DNA of 64,000 nt, taken from assembly GCA_965660865.1 (NCBI GenBank), contig CBFIBL010000029.1:10233-74232 (forward strand), read 5' to 3'. This DNA comes from Luminiphilus sp. GTDB taxonomy: Bacteria; Pseudomonadota; Gammaproteobacteria; Pseudomonadales; Halieaceae. The position numbers and the translations under genes were made by a program. Position 1 is the first letter of the stretch, and every line of letters begins with the position of its first letter. This document shows positions 48,817 through 57,469 of the stretch, piece by piece. The notes beneath the pieces were generated by a model. That model made no database searches and was not told the origin of the DNA. It saw nothing but the letters and a program-made list of their open reading frames with translations.

Positions 48817-49281
48817 TTAGCCAGTGAAGGACATGCCCAACCACTCTGCGTAGAGCGCGGGTGTTTCTTCACCTTCAATTTCTACCGTGACGCCTGTTTT
48901 CACGAGAAAACGATTCGCGTCCTTGCGGTCGACATCCAGAATCTCTGAGTGGGCACGAATTCGCTTTCCTGCTCGCACGGGTGCGATGAACCGGAGCTTG
49001 TCGATTCCGTAATTCACACCCATTACGGTGCCCTTCACACCGATAGAGTTCTCTGAACTCAGCTTGGTGAGCAAAGACAGTGTCAAAAAGCCGTGGGCAA
49101 TGGTGCCACCAAAAGGGGTTTTTGCCGCGGCCTCCTGATCAATATGGATGAATTGATGGTCCTCAGTGCAATCGGCAAACGTGTCGATGCGATCCTGATC
49201 AACCGTCATCCAATCGCTGGCAGGCAACTTCGTGCCTACCATATTCACCATTTCATCGGGTTCGACCCATGTGATCGCCAT
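48817..49281 (-). CDS. MaoC-family (R)-specific enoyl-CoA hydratase (hotdog fold)
   Basis: 154 aa. DHQFIHIDQEAA..TPFGGTIAHG hydratase-2 motif region. Confidence 0.8.
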   Translation of the reverse strand: MAITWVEPDEMVNMVGTKLPASDWMTVDQDRIDTFADCTEDHQFIHIDQEAAAKTPFGGTIAHGFLTLSLLTKLSSENSIGVKGTVMGVNYGIDKLRFIAPVRAGKRIRAHSEILDVDRKDANRFLVKTGVTVEIEGEETPALYAEWLGMSFTG

Positions 49282-49310
49282 GATTAGAGTCCTCTTATTT
49301 TATTTGTCGT

Positions 49311-50558
49311 TTAGCCGTCTCTGAACGTCGCGCCGGTGTCTTCTACCGCGGTGTAACCCTTGAGCTCGTGACGACCAACGACCATGCGATGTACCGCGTC
49401 GGGACCGTCGGCCAGTCGCAGCGTGCGTTGCCCCGCCCACATATTGGCCAGCGGCGTGTCGTTAGAGACACCAATGCCACCGTGCATTTGGATCGCGTCA
49501 TCGATGACCTTCAATGCCATATTCGGCACAACGGTCTTGATCATAGAGATCCAAATACGGGCCTCTTTAGGATCGGTGGTATCCATCATCCAAGCTGTCT
49601 TGAGCGTCAGAAGACGCGCTTGCTCGATGTTCATCCGAGCATCAGCAATGATGTCGATATTGCCGCCTAGCTTTGAGAGTGGACGACCAAACGCAGTCCG
49701 GGTTGTCGCGCGTTTACAGAGCAAATCCAAGGCTTTTTCAGCCGCGCCAATTGAACGCATGCAGTGGTGGATCCGGCCTGGACCCAGGCGACCCTGTGAA
49801 ATTTCAAAACCACGGCCTGCACCCAGAATCATGCAGTCCTTGGGTACGCGAACGTTGTTCAACTTAACGCGCATGTGACCATGCGGCGCATCGACGTTAT
49901 TAAAAACGGTAAGCGGACGAACGATCTCAACCCCGGGGGTATCCATCGGCACAAGAATTTGAGACTGCTGAAGGTGCTTCGGCGCGGTTGGGTCAGTTTT
50001 GACCATGCAGATCATGACCTTACAACGGGGATCGCCGGCGCCACTCGTCCAGTGCTTTTCGCCGTTAATTACCCATTCATCACCCTCGAGCACAGCCGTT
50101 GTACAAATGTTAGTGGCATCAGAAGAGGCCACATCCGGCTCGGTCATACCGAAGCAAGAACGGATTTCCCCGTTCATCAGTGGCTCGAGCCACTGCTTCT
50201 TCTGTGCCTCGGTTCCGTACTTGTGGATGACTTCCATGTTGCCGGTGTCTGGCGCACTGCAGTTAAAAACTTCGGCACCAATGTAAGAGCGGCCCATCTC
50301 TTCCGCGAGGTAGGCGTATTCTACGGTGTTAAGCCCGGTACCGTTTTTATCGGTTAGGAAGAAATTCCACAAACCTTTTGATCGCGCTTTCGACTTTAGG
50401 CTCTCCAAGATCTCGGTTTGCCGCTCGGTGAATTCCCACGGAGATCCGATCTCTATCTGGGCTTTGTATTCCTCTTCGAGTGGGAGCACCTCATCGTTGA
50501 TGAAATTACGTACACTCTCAAGAATGGGCGCAACTTTTTCTGAGACACCTAAGTCCAT
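49311..50558 (-). CDS. Acyl-CoA dehydrogenase family protein
   Basis: 415 aa. FGMTEPDVASSD, WTSGA, QMHGGIGV segments are typical of ACADs (ACAD10/11-like subgroup by recollection). Confidence 0.85.
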   Translation of the reverse strand: MDLGVSEKVAPILESVRNFINDEVLPLEEEYKAQIEIGSPWEFTERQTEILESLKSKARSKGLWNFFLTDKNGTGLNTVEYAYLAEEMGRSYIGAEVFNCSAPDTGNMEVIHKYGTEAQKKQWLEPLMNGEIRSCFGMTEPDVASSDATNICTTAVLEGDEWVINGEKHWTSGAGDPRCKVMICMVKTDPTAPKHLQQSQILVPMDTPGVEIVRPLTVFNNVDAPHGHMRVKLNNVRVPKDCMILGAGRGFEISQGRLGPGRIHHCMRSIGAAEKALDLLCKRATTRTAFGRPLSKLGGNIDIIADARMNIEQARLLTLKTAWMMDTTDPKEARIWISMIKTVVPNMALKVIDDAIQMHGGIGVSNDTPLANMWAGQRTLRLADGPDAVHRMVVGRHELKGYTAVEDTGATFRDG

Positions 50559-50651
50559 AACCTACCCCTTTTATGACGTTATGTGTGGCTTTTGAGTGAG
50601 TGAGCGACGACTGCAAAAGTACTGTAGTCGTCGCCGCTAAATCGTGATTTG

Positions 50652-50666
50652 AACATACAGTATGTT
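50652..50666. promoter_or_regulatory. Perfect 7-1-7 palindrome AACATAC-a-GTATGTT upstream of the acyl-CoA dehydrogenase operon (candidate operator)
   Basis: Seen directly. Lies 94 nt upstream of the ACAD start codon in the divergent intergenic region. No regulator gene is adjacent. Confidence 0.3.
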
Positions 50667-50831
50667 TTTTTGACCGACAAGAATGTTTTCGTCTCAAGGT
50701 GTCGCTATGCGGCTGCGAATATCGAAAAATAAGTGAGGAACAGCATATTCGTCACAGCACCGAGTAGCGGGCTCTCTTGTTAGCGCCAGTAAACTAACAG
50801 GCAACCCAACGACATACACTAAGGATGACTC

Positions 50832-51251
50832 GTGAACACCAGACCTTTCCACCTTGCACTACCCACGGCCCAGCTAAAAGAAACCCAATCTTTTTACTGC
50901 GAAGTCCTTGGCTGTAGCCTAGGAAGAACCAGTGACGAGTGGATCGATCTAAATCTGTATGGCCATCAATTAGTCTTTCACGTTACCGGCGCGGGAACCT
51001 TGCCCGAGTCCTATAATCCCGTCGATGCACACAGCGTACCTATTCCACACTTTGGTGTTGTACTCACGCCGGAACAGCACAGGGAATTATGCGGGCGCAT
51101 CAGCGGCAAGGTAGACATGATTATTGAACCTTCAGTGAGATTCGAAGGCACGTCTGGCGAACAGCGAACGGTATTTTTCCGAGACCCCAATGGCTATGCA
51201 CTAGAATTCAAGAGCTTTGCTGACGATGACGACCTTTTCGCCCCGTTCTAA
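50832..51251 (+). CDS. VOC (glyoxalase/bleomycin resistance/dioxygenase) family protein
   Basis: GTG start after AAGGA. FHLALP...FY.EVLGC..GR....WIDLNLYGHQLVFH pattern. Confidence 0.7.
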   Translation: MNTRPFHLALPTAQLKETQSFYCEVLGCSLGRTSDEWIDLNLYGHQLVFHVTGAGTLPESYNPVDAHSVPIPHFGVVLTPEQHRELCGRISGKVDMIIEPSVRFEGTSGEQRTVFFRDPNGYALEFKSFADDDDLFAPF

Positions 51252-51277
51252 ATCCGCCCGATTCTAAGTCTGTGCTA

Positions 51278-51312
51278 TTCCAAGCCTGCTTTTCCAAGCC
51301 TGCTTTTCCAAG
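51278..51312. repeat. 14-bp tandem repeat x2.5 (ttccaagcctgctt)
   Basis: Two exact copies plus the partial ttccaag, in a convergent intergenic region. Confidence 0.9.
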
Positions 51313-51359
51313 AAAGCTCTCGCCGGCCCTAGACGCGGGTGTTTGGCGTGCGGCCAGGA

Positions 51360-52073
51360 TTAATATTTCGCGTCGTGGTAGATGTTTTGCACATCCTCAC
51401 AGTTATTGAGCAGGTCGAGAAGCTTTTCAAACTGCTCCAGATCTTCTCCGGATATCGGCGTCTCCCCCTTTGGTACGAACTGAATCTCATCGACCTCGAA
51501 GTCTATGTCGGCGAATTCGTCAGTGAGTGCATTTCGAGCCTTCGCAAACTCGGTATTAGGCGCCATGACAGTGACCATACCGTCCTCGCATTCCACTTCG
51601 AGCACGTCAACGTCGGCCATCACCAAGCAGTCTAAGACCGCTTCCTCATCACCCCTGAACACAAACACAGCCGCATGCTCAAACATATGCGCGACCGTGC
51701 CCGGTGAGCCGAATTTTCCTTTACCTTTGGTAAAAGCAGGACGCACCTCACCAATGGTTCGATTGGCATTATCGGTCAAGCAATCAACAAGCAACATCGT
51801 CCCACCGGGTCCAAAACCCTCGTAACGAGCTATTTGAAAGTCCTCACCCACACCGGAACTAGCCTTGTCGATCGCTTTTTCAATTACATGCGACGGCACC
51901 TGATCTTTCTTGGCGCGATCGATCAATGAGCGTAGCGAGAGGTTTGCAGAGGGATCTGTACCTCCAGCTTTGGCCGCCATGTAGATCTCCCGGCTGTACC
52001 GCGAATAAACAGCTGTTTTCATCGCAGCCGTTTTCGCCATCGATTCCTTGCGGTTCTGGTAGGCGCGCCCCAT
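51360..52073 (-). CDS. YebC/PmpR-family transcriptional regulator
   Basis: ATG at 52073 preceded by [25 protein letters not shown]... is the canonical YebC-family N-terminus. The 26 upstream codons of the track ORF were rejected. Confidence 0.88.
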   Translation of the reverse strand: MGRAYQNRKESMAKTAAMKTAVYSRYSREIYMAAKAGGTDPSANLSLRSLIDRAKKDQVPSHVIEKAIDKASSGVGEDFQIARYEGFGPGGTMLLVDCLTDNANRTIGEVRPAFTKGKGKFGSPGTVAHMFEHAAVFVFRGDEEAVLDCLVMADVDVLEVECEDGMVTVMAPNTEFAKARNALTDEFADIDFEVDEIQFVPKGETPISGEDLEQFEKLLDLLNNCEDVQNIYHDAKY

Positions 52074-52221
52074 GCCTCGCTCCTCTTCATTGAAAGTCCT
52101 TAGTTTAAACCAGAATTTAGTCCAATGCGGAGGCGCTACGGGCTTAAACAAATTTTAAGAAGAGCAGACTTCAGGCTAAACTCTGCTGCAACACCTCATC
52201 TCGATCCAAACCGGACTTCTG

Positions 52222-53430
52222 ATGGCCAACAGATCCAAAGGTTTTGGTCCAGGCGCGATGATCGCCGCGGCATTCATCGGTCCGGGCACTGTGACCACAG
52301 CAACACTTGCTGGAGGCAATTTCGGTTTTACGCTGCTTTGGGCGATCGCCTTTTCTGTTATTGCCACCCTCACGTTGCAAGAAATGACCGCACGCTTGGG
52401 TGCCATTGCTCAAATGGGCTTGGGAGAGGCCATCGCAGAGCGCACAGCGGACACGATCTTCAGATGGCCAGGGGCGTTGCTTGTCATCGCAGCCATTGTT
52501 GTGGGTAACGCAGCCTACGAGGCGGGCAATATTACTGGCGCTAGTGCTGGACTTCCCAGCTGGGCGTTAGGCTCGCTTAATTTATGGCCCGTTATGATTG
52601 GCACCGTTGCATTTTTAGTGCTGGATCGTAAAGGCTCACGATTTCTTGAGCAGACACTGGGCCTATTGGTAGTCGCCATGGCGGTGGTGTTTGTCGGCAC
52701 CGCATTGATTTTAAAGCCCAATGTATCAGACGTATTGTTTGGCCTATTCGTCCCTTCTTTGCCAGATAATGCCAACATTCTCGTACTTGGCATCATTGGT
52801 ACAACCGTAGTCCCTTACAACTTGTACCTACACGCTTCACTGATAAAGCGCTACAGCGAAGCCGGAATGACGCTGGCAGACGCTCGACGAGATATCCAAT
52901 TTTCGGTTATTGGGGGAGGTATCATCACGGTATGTATTGCAGTGACCGCAGCCGTTGCTTTACATGGCACCCCATCAGCCGTCTCATCATTTACCCAGCT
53001 AGCACCGACGCTTGCCCCCCTTCTCGGGCAAGCATCGTTTGGAGTTTTGGGTATAGGCTTTTTCGCTGCCGGTCTTTCATCGGCCCTTACGGCGCCGCTT
53101 GCAGCCGCCTATGCAGTTACCGAGGTGCTGGGTCTCGACGGTAAAAACCGCGATTGTATTTTCCAATGGACCTGGCGTGTCGTTCTCGCCTTTGGTGTGC
53201 TCGTTGCCACCCTCAGTCTTCGACCCATAGAACTCATCGTTTTTGCGCAATTTACTAACGGGTTGCTTCTACCTATCACGGCCGCTTTCATACTGTGGGT
53301 GGCTAACGACAGGGCCTTGCTAGGACAACACACAAACAGTCCTCTCTCTAATGCTCTAGGGCTTTTCGTGCTCGCGTTGACCTGCGTTCTTGGCATGAGA
53401 AGCGTCATGCTTGCGGTCGGATGGCTCTGA
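52222..53430 (+). CDS. NRAMP-family divalent metal transporter (YcsG-like subgroup)
   Basis: GPGAMIAAAFIGPGTVTT N-terminal motif. About 11 TM helices. Directly upstream of pxpA, as in the B. subtilis ycsF-ycsG-ycsI-kipI-kipA arrangement. Confidence 0.8.
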   Translation: MANRSKGFGPGAMIAAAFIGPGTVTTATLAGGNFGFTLLWAIAFSVIATLTLQEMTARLGAIAQMGLGEAIAERTADTIFRWPGALLVIAAIVVGNAAYEAGNITGASAGLPSWALGSLNLWPVMIGTVAFLVLDRKGSRFLEQTLGLLVVAMAVVFVGTALILKPNVSDVLFGLFVPSLPDNANILVLGIIGTTVVPYNLYLHASLIKRYSEAGMTLADARRDIQFSVIGGGIITVCIAVTAAVALHGTPSAVSSFTQLAPTLAPLLGQASFGVLGIGFFAAGLSSALTAPLAAAYAVTEVLGLDGKNRDCIFQWTWRVVLAFGVLVATLSLRPIELIVFAQFTNGLLLPITAAFILWVANDRALLGQHTNSPLSNALGLFVLALTCVLGMRSVMLAVGWL

Positions 53431-54233
53431 TGGAGATGACGCCAAAACCAAATATCGTTGGTACCCAAAGCGTTGACATTAATTGTGACATGGGGGAGTG
53501 GGAAACAGGCCAATCTTCTCGGTCAAGTGCCGAATCAGACCTCGCTTTAATGCCGTTTATCAGCAGTTGCTCCATAGCCTGCGGCGGCCATATTGGTAAT
53601 GAACACTCCATGCGAACCACTGTCTGCAACGCCGCAAAAAACGGACTGCGTGTCGGTGCCCATCCGGCCTACCCAGACAAACGCCACTTCGGCCGACGAA
53701 GTATAGAAATTCGAGCGAGTGATTTAGCCTCAACGCTCAACTCGCAAATCTCTTCTCTGCAGGCATTGGCAAAAATGGAAGGTACTGAACTGTCTTTCGT
53801 AAAGCCTCATGGTGCGCTTTACAACGACATGGTGAGAACGCCATGGCTTGCCGATCTCGTTATTGACACCATCAAGCAAATCGACCCAAACCTCAAGCTT
53901 ATGGGGTTAGCTGGCAGTAATCTTGCCGAACACTGCGAGTCCAAGGGTATCGTATTCATTGCCGAAGCTTTTGCTGATCGTCGATACAACGATAACGGCG
54001 AACTCACTCCCCGAAGTCATCCCAATGCGGTCATCGACAATCCAGAAGCGGCGACCGAGCAAATTTTATCGCTCATCAATAAGGGATCGATCACTTCCAT
54101 CAGCGGAAAAACGATCTCACTTGCTGCTGACACACTCTGCATTCACAGTGATACAGAGGGAGCTCTTGAACAGTTAATGGCAATCACACAGTTGCTTCGC
54201 AAATACGATATCAGCTTAGGCGCCGCGTCATGA
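53421..54233 (+). CDS. pxpA: 5-oxoprolinase subunit A (LamB/YcsF family)
   Basis: DINCDMGE, HPAYPD, KPHGALYN motifs. Start is ambiguous (ATG 53421, 53430 or 53436); 53430 overlaps the NRAMP TGA as TGATG. Confidence 0.85.
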   Translation: MALMEMTPKPNIVGTQSVDINCDMGEWETGQSSRSSAESDLALMPFISSCSIACGGHIGNEHSMRTTVCNAAKNGLRVGAHPAYPDKRHFGRRSIEIRASDLASTLNSQISSLQALAKMEGTELSFVKPHGALYNDMVRTPWLADLVIDTIKQIDPNLKLMGLAGSNLAEHCESKGIVFIAEAFADRRYNDNGELTPRSHPNAVIDNPEAATEQILSLINKGSITSISGKTISLAADTLCIHSDTEGALEQLMAITQLLRKYDISLGAAS

Positions 54234-54985
54234 ATCCGAGTCAAGGCATATCCGGTATGCAAATTCAGCGGTATGGAGAAACCGCACTGCTGCTGCAACT
54301 CGATGAAACACACGATGAGCACGCTGTAAACTCGATAGCAGCGATTAATCGGCGGTTAGCCAACTCTGAACTTAGAGGCGTCAGAAGCACAACACCCAGC
54401 TACGCAAGTCTCCTCGTCATCTTTGATCCACAGATTATTTCGGCTCACACGCTCGCTTCTACTATCCTCGACTTGCTTCATAAACATCGCGAACAGCAGG
54501 CCCCAGAGGAGCAAGACTCACTGCAAACCCGTTGGTCCCTACCAACGCGCTTTGCCGATGATAACGATGAGGATGCGGTAGCACTTCAAAATGAGCTTGA
54601 ACTCTCTTGGCGAGACATCGTCGAGACCTTCTGTGCAGTGTCGTATCGGGTCAACGCTCTGGGGTTTCTTCCCGGCTTTACCTATCTTGGCGGCTTGCCA
54701 GGGCCGCTTCAATGCCGGCGTCTTGTCACACCGAGAGTACGTATACCCTCATCGTCAGTGGCCATTGCCGGTAACCAAGCGGGGATCTACCCAATGGACT
54801 CGCCCGGTGGGTGGCGCATATTGGGCCGCCTTCCGTTTACTATTTTCAACGCCGCACGACCGTCGCCCGCACTTTTCGCGCCCAATGATCAAATAACTTT
54901 TATCCCCGTGTCTCAGTCACATTTTGATGAACTCGCGGTAGATGCCACGCGAGGCGATCTCGATATGCGCCAGTTTCAGCAATGA
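54230..54985 (+). CDS. pxpB: 5-oxoprolinase subunit B (KipI / allophanate hydrolase subunit 1 family)
   Basis: Family-typical GFLPGFTYLGGL and AGIYPMDSPGGW segments. 4-nt overlap with pxpA. Confidence 0.85.
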   Translation: MNPSQGISGMQIQRYGETALLLQLDETHDEHAVNSIAAINRRLANSELRGVRSTTPSYASLLVIFDPQIISAHTLASTILDLLHKHREQQAPEEQDSLQTRWSLPTRFADDNDEDAVALQNELELSWRDIVETFCAVSYRVNALGFLPGFTYLGGLPGPLQCRRLVTPRVRIPSSSVAIAGNQAGIYPMDSPGGWRILGRLPFTIFNAARPSPALFAPNDQITFIPVSQSHFDELAVDATRGDLDMRQFQQ

Positions 54986-55857
54986 TCATCACGTTTGTAA
55001 CGGGTGGGGTACGAACCACCACACAAGACGACGGACGGCACGGATATACGCATCTCGGTATCCCAATTAGCGGTGCGCTCGATATCCCCGCAATGCGGTT
55101 TGCCAATCACTTGGTGGGCAACGCACTCGATACACCTGTTTTAGAACTCACAGCGAATGGTCCGCTTTTGCGCTGTGATCAAGCCGGCTTTATCGCATTA
55201 ACCGGCGCTAATTTTGGTATGTCTATTAACGGCAACAAGGCCCCCTCTGATCAGCGGGTGTTGGTCAATACCGGTGATGAAATAAGTTTCTCATCCCCCT
55301 CCAAGGGCTACCGTGGCTATCTTGCACTTGAGGGGTTATGGCAGGTCCCAAAGTGGCTTGGTAGTGCGAGTGCACTTCGTGTTGGCAGCCATGACCTGTT
55401 GCCAGGTGCTGTTTGGACATCGGGCGAGACGCTGATAACGCTGCCGAGACGGGTAAATCCGTGGCCAACCAATTGTCATGAACCCGGTCCGATTTCGAAG
55501 CTCGTCAACACCTTTCAAGGACCGGAATTTCACTGGCTAACCCCTGAGGCACAGAGCGCTTTATTCGCTAGCCCACTCACGGTCTGCGAGCCATCAAATC
55601 GCGTCGGCTTGAGAACGGATACTGCGCTCACCCTAGAGGAAAGGTATCGGGGACAGGAGCTACGCTCTTCCGGTGTCATGCCCGGCACCGTGCAAGTCAC
55701 ACAGCGTGGACAAGCTATTGTGCTCCTCGCCGATGGCCAAACGATTGGGGGCTATCCACGAATACTTCAATGTAGCCCGTCGAGCATGCGAGCACTTGGG
55801 CAACTCCGCGTGGGTGACGCTTTTGAGCTCAGGCTCTTACCAACACCTACGCTGTAA
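54982..55857 (+). CDS. pxpC: 5-oxoprolinase subunit C (KipA / allophanate hydrolase subunit 2 family)
   Basis: TTQDDGRHGYTHLGIPISGALD N-terminus and GTVQVTQRGQAIVLLADGQTIGGYP. 4-nt overlap with pxpB. Confidence 0.85.
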   Translation: MIITFVTGGVRTTTQDDGRHGYTHLGIPISGALDIPAMRFANHLVGNALDTPVLELTANGPLLRCDQAGFIALTGANFGMSINGNKAPSDQRVLVNTGDEISFSSPSKGYRGYLALEGLWQVPKWLGSASALRVGSHDLLPGAVWTSGETLITLPRRVNPWPTNCHEPGPISKLVNTFQGPEFHWLTPEAQSALFASPLTVCEPSNRVGLRTDTALTLEERYRGQELRSSGVMPGTVQVTQRGQAIVLLADGQTIGGYPRILQCSPSSMRALGQLRVGDAFELRLLPTPTL

Positions 55858-55886
55858 CGAACACTGTAAGTTGCGAAGAAACGCCT

Positions 55887-56273
55887 TTAGTTTTCGCTTT
55901 TTTTCGCTCTAGCGCGTTCATAAGGCTTCTTGCTCGCAGCACCCGACAACGGTTTAAAACTTAAACCGGAGGAGGCGCTCCTCTGCGTTGAACCTTCACT
56001 GTGTTCAGTAGCGTCTCGATCCTGATCACTCTTATCCGGATCTGAGACAACTGTAGAGTTTGCCCGAATCTTGTAGCAGGCTGTCATGGCTGCCATACCT
56101 GCCATTTTCTCAACATCGGCGGACCACCAAGAGGCAGCGCCAATACGTAACTCATCCACGGTCTGATCGACGACAGCCCCGCAATCAATTCGAGCCTGGG
56201 AGGTCGCCATTGTCGCTGACGAAACGAAAAGAGCACTGGACAACATGCCGAGGTTGAAAGCGGACTTATTCAT
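55887..56273 (-). CDS. Hypothetical small secreted protein
   Basis: 128 aa with a signal-peptide-like N-terminus (LGMLSSALFVSSATMA). No recognised domain. Confidence 0.4.
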   Translation of the reverse strand: MNKSAFNLGMLSSALFVSSATMATSQARIDCGAVVDQTVDELRIGAASWWSADVEKMAGMAAMTACYKIRANSTVVSDPDKSDQDRDATEHSEGSTQRSASSGLSFKPLSGAASKKPYERARAKKSEN

Positions 56274-56596
56274 TAGGCTCTCCGAACCGTTGCTTTATTG
56301 GCTATACGTCGATACTGCAAGCCAGATCAAGCACATCAAGATCGGGTGGCATGAGAAAAACGCCCCAAAACCGACTTAGGACGCACCGCTGTGGTGCGGT
56401 AATCAATTATTTTGATATGCAGACCCTCCTGATCGGATATTAAAAAAAATAAAAATACTTATAAAAACCAACAAAAACAGTAGTTTATGAAAATTGGCCC
56501 GCTTGTTGCTTAGCAGTAAGCCGACCACCGACGCAACACGCCGCAAACGGTCGATGGATGCAATGGTCCCCTTTTTCGTTACTACTAGGAGTAAAT

Positions 56597-57349
56597 ATGA
56601 AGACACTTATTTCCCGCTTTACCAAAACCGCTGTCATTCTTCCCACAGCCCTTGTTTGTGCCATGGCCTCAACAGCTAACGCCGGTGAGTGGTCTGCCAA
56701 CGCATCGGTGACCAACAATTACCTCTGGCGTGGCTTAACTCAGACAACCAATGAAACGGCAACGCAAGGGGGAATCGACTACGCCTCCGACAGCGGTTTT
56801 TACGCTGGCACGTGGGTATCAAACGTAAGTTATATCTCAGATGGCCCGTTTTCATATGAGCACGACATTTACGCGGGCTATGCGTTCGAGGCAGGCGGCG
56901 TCAGCTGGGATGTGGGCTACCTCTACTACAACTACGACAGCGTAGCAGAATTTGACTTTAGTGAAGTGTACGTGGGTATGGGAATTGGGGACTTCAGTGT
57001 CCAATATAACCTACTTGCCAATACAGAAGCGGATGAAGATGAAGGGCAAGACTTCGGTTTTGGCGAAGCCTACTACTTGTCGCTCGACTACGGTTTTGAA
57101 CTCAATAACGGCGTGGCGGTAGGTTTGCATTTTGGTCGGCATGATGGCGACTTTGCTGAAGCATTTAACGGTAACGATGGTGCCTACAACGACTACAACA
57201 TTTCGTTCTCCAAAGACGGATTCACATTTATGATTAGCGACACTGATGTTGAGGGCCTCGCAGCCACTGGTTTTGATGCGGACGAAGGAAACCTAGATAA
57301 CGACAGCGTCAAGTTTGTCGTTTCATACTCCGTCGATATCTCGATGTAA
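56597..57349 (+). CDS. TorF-family (TIGR02001-type) putative outer-membrane porin
   Basis: ATG at 56597 after AGGAG, then a signal peptide. SVTNNYLWRGLTQT...GGIDY....GFYAGTWVSNV is the family signature as I recall it. Confidence 0.7.
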   Translation: MKTLISRFTKTAVILPTALVCAMASTANAGEWSANASVTNNYLWRGLTQTTNETATQGGIDYASDSGFYAGTWVSNVSYISDGPFSYEHDIYAGYAFEAGGVSWDVGYLYYNYDSVAEFDFSEVYVGMGIGDFSVQYNLLANTEADEDEGQDFGFGEAYYLSLDYGFELNNGVAVGLHFGRHDGDFAEAFNGNDGAYNDYNISFSKDGFTFMISDTDVEGLAATGFDADEGNLDNDSVKFVVSYSVDISM

Positions 57350-57392
57350 TTGAAGCCCCGTCGGATCAATGCTGCGATTTGCAGTGCACACG

Positions 57393-57421
57393 AAAAGCGC
57401 TCAAATGAGCGCTTTTTTTTT
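57393..57421. terminator. Bidirectional intrinsic terminator
   Basis: AAAAGCGCTCA-aa-TGAGCGCTTTTTTTTT between the convergent porin and DUF3604 genes. Confidence 0.85.
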
Positions 57422-57469
57422 GCTTGCCACTCAATTGAAAGACACGTGACCCAGTGCCATCGAAGAAGA

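Noticed and set aside
56400-56500. Very AT-rich stretch (ttaaaaaaaataaaaatacttataaaaaccaacaaaaacag) upstream of the TorF-type porin, considered as a foreign insertion scar or replication-related element
   Set aside because: It is short, with no repeats or ORFs, and fits an UP-element or curved-DNA promoter region for the porin gene. Nothing more can be supported from the sequence alone.
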